From a virus (lineage: Duplodnaviria > Caudoviricetes), in the IMG/VR virus record IMGVR_UViG_3300025318_000025, positions 1 through 37,057 of that record: DNA of 37,057 nt. The stretch is one strand, 5' to 3'. Below, piece after piece: positions 33,919 to 37,057 of the stretch. The position numbers and the translations under genes are program-made. The first letter of the stretch is position 1. Each line of letters begins with the position of its first letter. The notes beneath the pieces are model-generated. The model saw nothing but the letters and a program-made list of their open reading frames with translations. It was not told the DNA's origin and ran no database searches.

Positions 33919-34749
33919 CTACTTGGGCTGCACGCCGGGCGGGGCCTGGGGCGGCGCCGGAGGGGCGGGCGGGGCCCACGCCGGCGGCGCTCCCGGAGCC
34001 GGAGCCGTCGGGGGAGCCCAGGCTGGCGCGGCCTGGGGGTAGGCGCCGGGCGGGTACCCCTGCGGTGCCCCGGGCGCGGCCGGGGGCGGCTGCCAGGCCG
34101 GCGGGACGGGCTGCGGCTGCGACACCGGGGGGTAGCCCACCGGCGGAGGCGGCTGGGCCGCGGGGGGCGCCCAGGCGGGCGCCTGCGGTGCCACAGGCGG
34201 CTGCGGAACCCCGGGGTAGCCCTGCGCCGTGGGGTAGCCCACCGGCGCGCCCGGGTACTGCGGTGCCCCGGGGTACTGCGGCGCGCCCGGCATCGGGGGC
34301 GGCGGAGCGCCCAGGAAGCTCGGCGGCGGCGCCACCGCCGTCCCGCCGGACACGGCCGGGACCTCGCCGCTGAAGTCGTTGTAGGTCTTGCCGCCCTCGC
34401 CGTCCCGCGTGGTCATGTTGCCGCGGATCATCGCGCCGACGATCCGCTGATCGTCCACGACGCCCGACGCCAGCTCGGCCTCCGTGACGCCGCACGCGAG
34501 CAGGAACCGCTTGAGAAAGGGGCGGCTCTTCTCCCCGAAGGAGTAGCTGCGCGTGAACGGCTTCCCCTTGTACTGCGGGGACCCGTTCGGTCCGTCGACG
34601 ATCTCGAAACCGACCTGGAGCTTCGGTTCGTTCGCCTTCGACATGGCCTGTTCGACCTTCTTCACCACCAGCGTGTAGACGCCGACGGGGTAGACCGGGA
34701 AGTCTCCCGCCGCTTCCACACCGACCAGATTCACCGGAATGTAGCCTAT
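33919..34749 (-). CDS. DUF669-like single-stranded DNA-binding protein with a long Pro/Ala-rich tail
   Basis: OB-fold-like N-terminus 'PVGVYTLVVKKVEQAMSKANEPKLQVGFEI...FLKRFLLACG', located downstream of the AAA_24 gene. Start is ATA 34749 (SD GAGAGG) or GTG 34734. Confidence 0.75.
   Translation of the reverse strand: MGYIPVNLVGVEAAGDFPVYPVGVYTLVVKKVEQAMSKANEPKLQVGFEIVDGPNGSPQYKGKPFTRSYSFGEKSRPFLKRFLLACGVTEAELASGVVDDQRIVGAMIRGNMTTRDGEGGKTYNDFSGEVPAVSGGTAVAPPPSFLGAPPPPMPGAPQYPGAPQYPGAPVGYPTAQGYPGVPQPPVAPQAPAWAPPAAQPPPPVGYPPVSQPQPVPPAWQPPPAAPGAPQGYPPGAYPQAAPAWAPPTAPAPGAPPAWAPPAPPAPPQAPPGVQPK
33922..34335 (-). repeat. Low-complexity Pro/Ala/Gly/Gln/Tyr coding repeats (PGAPQY, APAWAPP)
   Basis: Tandem and dispersed peptide repeats in very GC-rich DNA. 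Confidence 0.8.
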
Positions 34750-34803
34750 GGTAGCCTCTCTACGTAACGGGGCTATGCCCCTGTTTGGTTGGCGCCGAAA
34801 AAC

Positions 34804-35610
34804 CTACCTGCCGACGGGCGCCGGTTGCGCCGGCGGAAGACCTTGAGTCTGCAGCTGCGGAGCCACCGCCCCCTGCGGCGAGGGAACACCGATCCAGGGG
34901 CCGATCCGGGCAGCGATCGCGTCGAAGTGCGGAGCGATCACACCGTCCTGGAAGGCCGAGCCGTAACGGCCGCCGGCGATCGCCACTCCGGTAGGAATCG
35001 TACGCATGACGACCGTCGTCATCGCTCGGCCGTCTGGCCCGGGCACGGTCACCTGATCGGCGTACAGGATCAGGTCCGTGGAGCCCGGGAGCTTCTGTGC
35101 CGACTTACCGTACAGCATCGGTAGAATGCTCCGGACGTTTCCGCGTTCGTCGACCTTCACGTCCTCAAGCGCGATCCACACGACGTGGAGGGGGATCTCC
35201 CGTAGGGACGGCAACAGCCACTTCTGGATGTGACTATCCAATGTACCCCAATCTTTGGGGTCCATCGCGACGCGCCTCTTGTTTCCATCGAATAGGATCT
35301 CGTGAATCACGATGTCGCTGTAGTAGGTGATGCTGTCGATGACCAACGTCTTGATCCCGAGACTCTGCCAGTTTGCTTTCACGTACGGCACGATGTCCAT
35401 CATGTCTTTGACGGAATCGATCCTCTGAACCCGGCAGTTGTTCGGTACAAACTGCAGGGTGGTGTCCCCACCCTCGTTCCCGGCGGAGAGGAATAGCGGG
35501 TTCGGAAACGTCGAGGCGAACGTCGTCTTCCAACGACGGGGTGCGCCGTAGACGAACACGTGCATGGGTCGTGGCGGCATCTGATGGCTGTTCTGAATGT
35601 TGATGGACAT
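34804..35610 (-). CDS. AAA_24 / Sak4-like ATPase (recombinase)
   Basis: 'VFVYGAPRRWKTTFASTFPNPLFL' Walker A-like motif and 'TLVIDSIT' Walker B; lies between the nuclease and SSB genes. Confidence 0.85.
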   Translation of the reverse strand: MSINIQNSHQMPPRPMHVFVYGAPRRWKTTFASTFPNPLFLSAGNEGGDTTLQFVPNNCRVQRIDSVKDMMDIVPYVKANWQSLGIKTLVIDSITYYSDIVIHEILFDGNKRRVAMDPKDWGTLDSHIQKWLLPSLREIPLHVVWIALEDVKVDERGNVRSILPMLYGKSAQKLPGSTDLILYADQVTVPGPDGRAMTTVVMRTIPTGVAIAGGRYGSAFQDGVIAPHFDAIAARIGPWIGVPSPQGAVAPQLQTQGLPPAQPAPVGR

Positions 35611-35613
35611 GGC

Positions 35614-36567
35614 TCAGGCCTTCTCCCGGTAAACGCCGGGCACCGTGCCGCTCGACTCGCAGTAGTCGAACATGCGACAGAGATACTTGCCGACACAGCT
35701 GGCCATGTTCTGCGGCCAGTATTTCTCGTCCGCTCGCTTCGTCTTGGACTGCAACTTCGCGTACAACTCGACCGCGCGCGGCGTGATGCTATGCAGGAAG
35801 CGCTCGGTCTCCGCCCGGGTGATGGCCACCTCGAGTCGATGGAACTTGGGAGGCTTGCTCTTCAGCAAGATGTTGATCATGAACCCATTTAGGGGTCCGT
35901 AGACTGCGTCCAAGTCCGCCAGGCGCCAGATCGCAGCCTGCGTCATCAGCTGGAAGTCGAACGCGTATCCACGGATGTACTCTTGGGACATGCGGGCTGC
36001 GGTCTTGTGATCGGTCAGCCACACGCCTTGCGGAACAGGTCCCCAGGGCGACGTCGGTGCGCCCCGTTCACGCTTTGCCACGACGAGATCGACGCGGGCC
36101 GTGAGCGGGCAGCTCTTCCCGTCGTGTGTGAGACGCGCCGCGACTTCTTGCTCAACGGCACGGACATCCCACGTCTCCGCCTCGACGGTCGCGTACTTCG
36201 CGAAATACGCGTACAGGAGCGATCGCGCCTCGAGGGCTAGTTCCGGCAGGTAGGGTTCAACGACCTCGATCGGTCGCCATGTGTCTCGACCGCCCGTCAT
36301 GTAGTGACGAGCGAAACAAGCGTGTACCAGCGTGCCTAGTGCAAGCGCCTGGTTCTCCTTCACAGGAACCAGCTTCCGCACGTACGTCAGGTACGCGCGG
36401 AACTCACAGGCCATGTACGTCTTGATTCGGTGGGAACCGAACGAGCTCTCCGAGCCGATCTCCTCCGAAGAGAAGTTCGATTTCAGTATGTCGTCGACGG
36501 AGGTGGGCATAAGCGGTTCGTCGAACGGCGCGTTCAGGACTTCGGCGGAGACGTTCGGCAACAGCAT
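35614..36567 (-). CDS. PD-(D/E)XK Cas4/RecB-like exonuclease
   Basis: 'SHRIKTYMAC', 'LALGTLVH', 'RVDLV', 'DHKT', 'Q...QA' and a C-terminal C-x5-C-x5-C. Confidence 0.85.
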   Translation of the reverse strand: MLLPNVSAEVLNAPFDEPLMPTSVDDILKSNFSSEEIGSESSFGSHRIKTYMACEFRAYLTYVRKLVPVKENQALALGTLVHACFARHYMTGGRDTWRPIEVVEPYLPELALEARSLLYAYFAKYATVEAETWDVRAVEQEVAARLTHDGKSCPLTARVDLVVAKRERGAPTSPWGPVPQGVWLTDHKTAARMSQEYIRGYAFDFQLMTQAAIWRLADLDAVYGPLNGFMINILLKSKPPKFHRLEVAITRAETERFLHSITPRAVELYAKLQSKTKRADEKYWPQNMASCVGKYLCRMFDYCESSGTVPGVYREKA

Positions 36568-37057
36568 TAGTCCTCCAGCATCGCGGTGTCGATCGACTCG
36601 ATCATCAGCGCCTGCATCAAACTCTCTATCGGATCCAGCGACCCTTCATCCGTCTTCGCCAGACTCCGCATCATGTCGCTGGCCTGATTCGTACCCATGC
36701 CCCCGACGCCGACGGTCTCGATGACCCCCGTCTTCGTCTGCAGGGCCTGGATCATCATCTCGTCCAGCGTGCCCAGCGCACGAGTGAAGCTCTCCTCCAC
36801 CTGACGCGTCTGTCCCTGGCGATGCACGCGGGCGGCGAACTGCCACAGCTTGTCCGGGACCCAGTGCAGGTCGTTGAAGTGTGTAGCCGAGGCCGCCACG
36901 AGGTCGTTCATGCTCATCTCGCACGAAGCGATCGTGGCCACGAAGACCGCCTTCCCCGACGCCGCCGCGAACACCTGCGCTGTCTCGAGACGAGACGCAA
37001 AGGGCACTTCACCCGACACCGGGCCAAAGACTTCCACCCCTGTGTTTGTGCGCAGGG
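36567..37057 (-). CDS. SNF2-family helicase, C-terminal part (runs off the window)
   Basis: 'NDLHWVPDKLWQFAARVHRQGQ' is SNF2 motif VI-like. Confidence 0.75.
   Translation of the reverse strand, partial: LRTNTGVEVFGPVSGEVPFASRLETAQVFAAASGKAVFVATIASCEMSMNDLVAASATHFNDLHWVPDKLWQFAARVHRQGQTRQVEESFTRALGTLDEMMIQALQTKTGVIETVGVGGMGTNQASDMMRSLAKTDEGSLDPIESLMQALMIESIDTAMLED
37037..37048 (-). promoter_or_regulatory. Dispersed motif copy 9 (one mismatch)
   Basis: CCCCTGTGTTTG, with the same CTTCCA flank as copy 2. Confidence 0.55.

Noticed and set aside
34766-34786. Small hairpin AACGGGGC-TAT-GCCCCTGTT and the partial motif CCCCTGTTTG
   Set aside because: The stem is short and imperfect and the motif match needs a gap, so it is too weak to call.
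2208-37048. Dispersed motif as CRISPR repeats, with the Cas4-like gene as a cas gene
   Set aside because: The copies are 1-8 kb apart, only 12-21 bp long and in both orientations. The nuclease lies in a standard phage exonuclease-Sak4-SSB module.
1-37057. Stop-codon reassignment, which often accompanies phage release factors
   Set aside because: TAG, TGA and TAA all end genes that are immediately followed by the next start, and long ORFs are intact under code 11. TGA readthrough at 33157 does not reach the HP-motif frame.
1-37057. tRNA/rRNA genes, integrase, transposase; apparent abundance of TCGA/GATC
   Set aside because: None of these genes was recognised. The tetranucleotide impression cannot be quantified by eye and may reflect codon usage.

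Overview
This is a 37 kb segment of a GC-rich, contractile-tailed (myovirus-type) dsDNA phage or prophage. The + strand (1-25.3 kb) carries baseplate and tail genes: hub, spike, gp25, J, I-like and several fibre-like proteins. It also has candidate lysis membrane proteins and two non-structural insertions (about 11.2-13.5 kb, and a prim-pol/HNH/peptidase cassette at 17.3-19.2 kb). The - strand (25.3-37 kb) carries a replication and accessory arm: SNF2 helicase end, Cas4-like nuclease, AAA_24 ATPase, SSB-like protein, a split UDG + family A DNA polymerase, ParB-like protein, sigma-region-4 protein, N4/N6 methyltransferase, dTMP kinase, a release factor and a metallophosphoesterase. The main finding is a short RF1-like release factor gene whose true N-terminus lies in another frame. 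It is joined by a prfB-style +1 frameshift cassette that uses UAG instead of UGA (GGAGG-TGT-CTT-TAG-C), suggesting a phage-encoded UAG-sensing autoregulatory circuit. Also notable are several genes that seem to need non-AUG starts (CTG/ATA), a UDG domain split across two frames, and an asymmetric 12-bp motif CAA(A/G)CACAAGGG found 8 times exactly plus once with a mismatch. All functional calls come from motif recognition by eye; no database searches were run.
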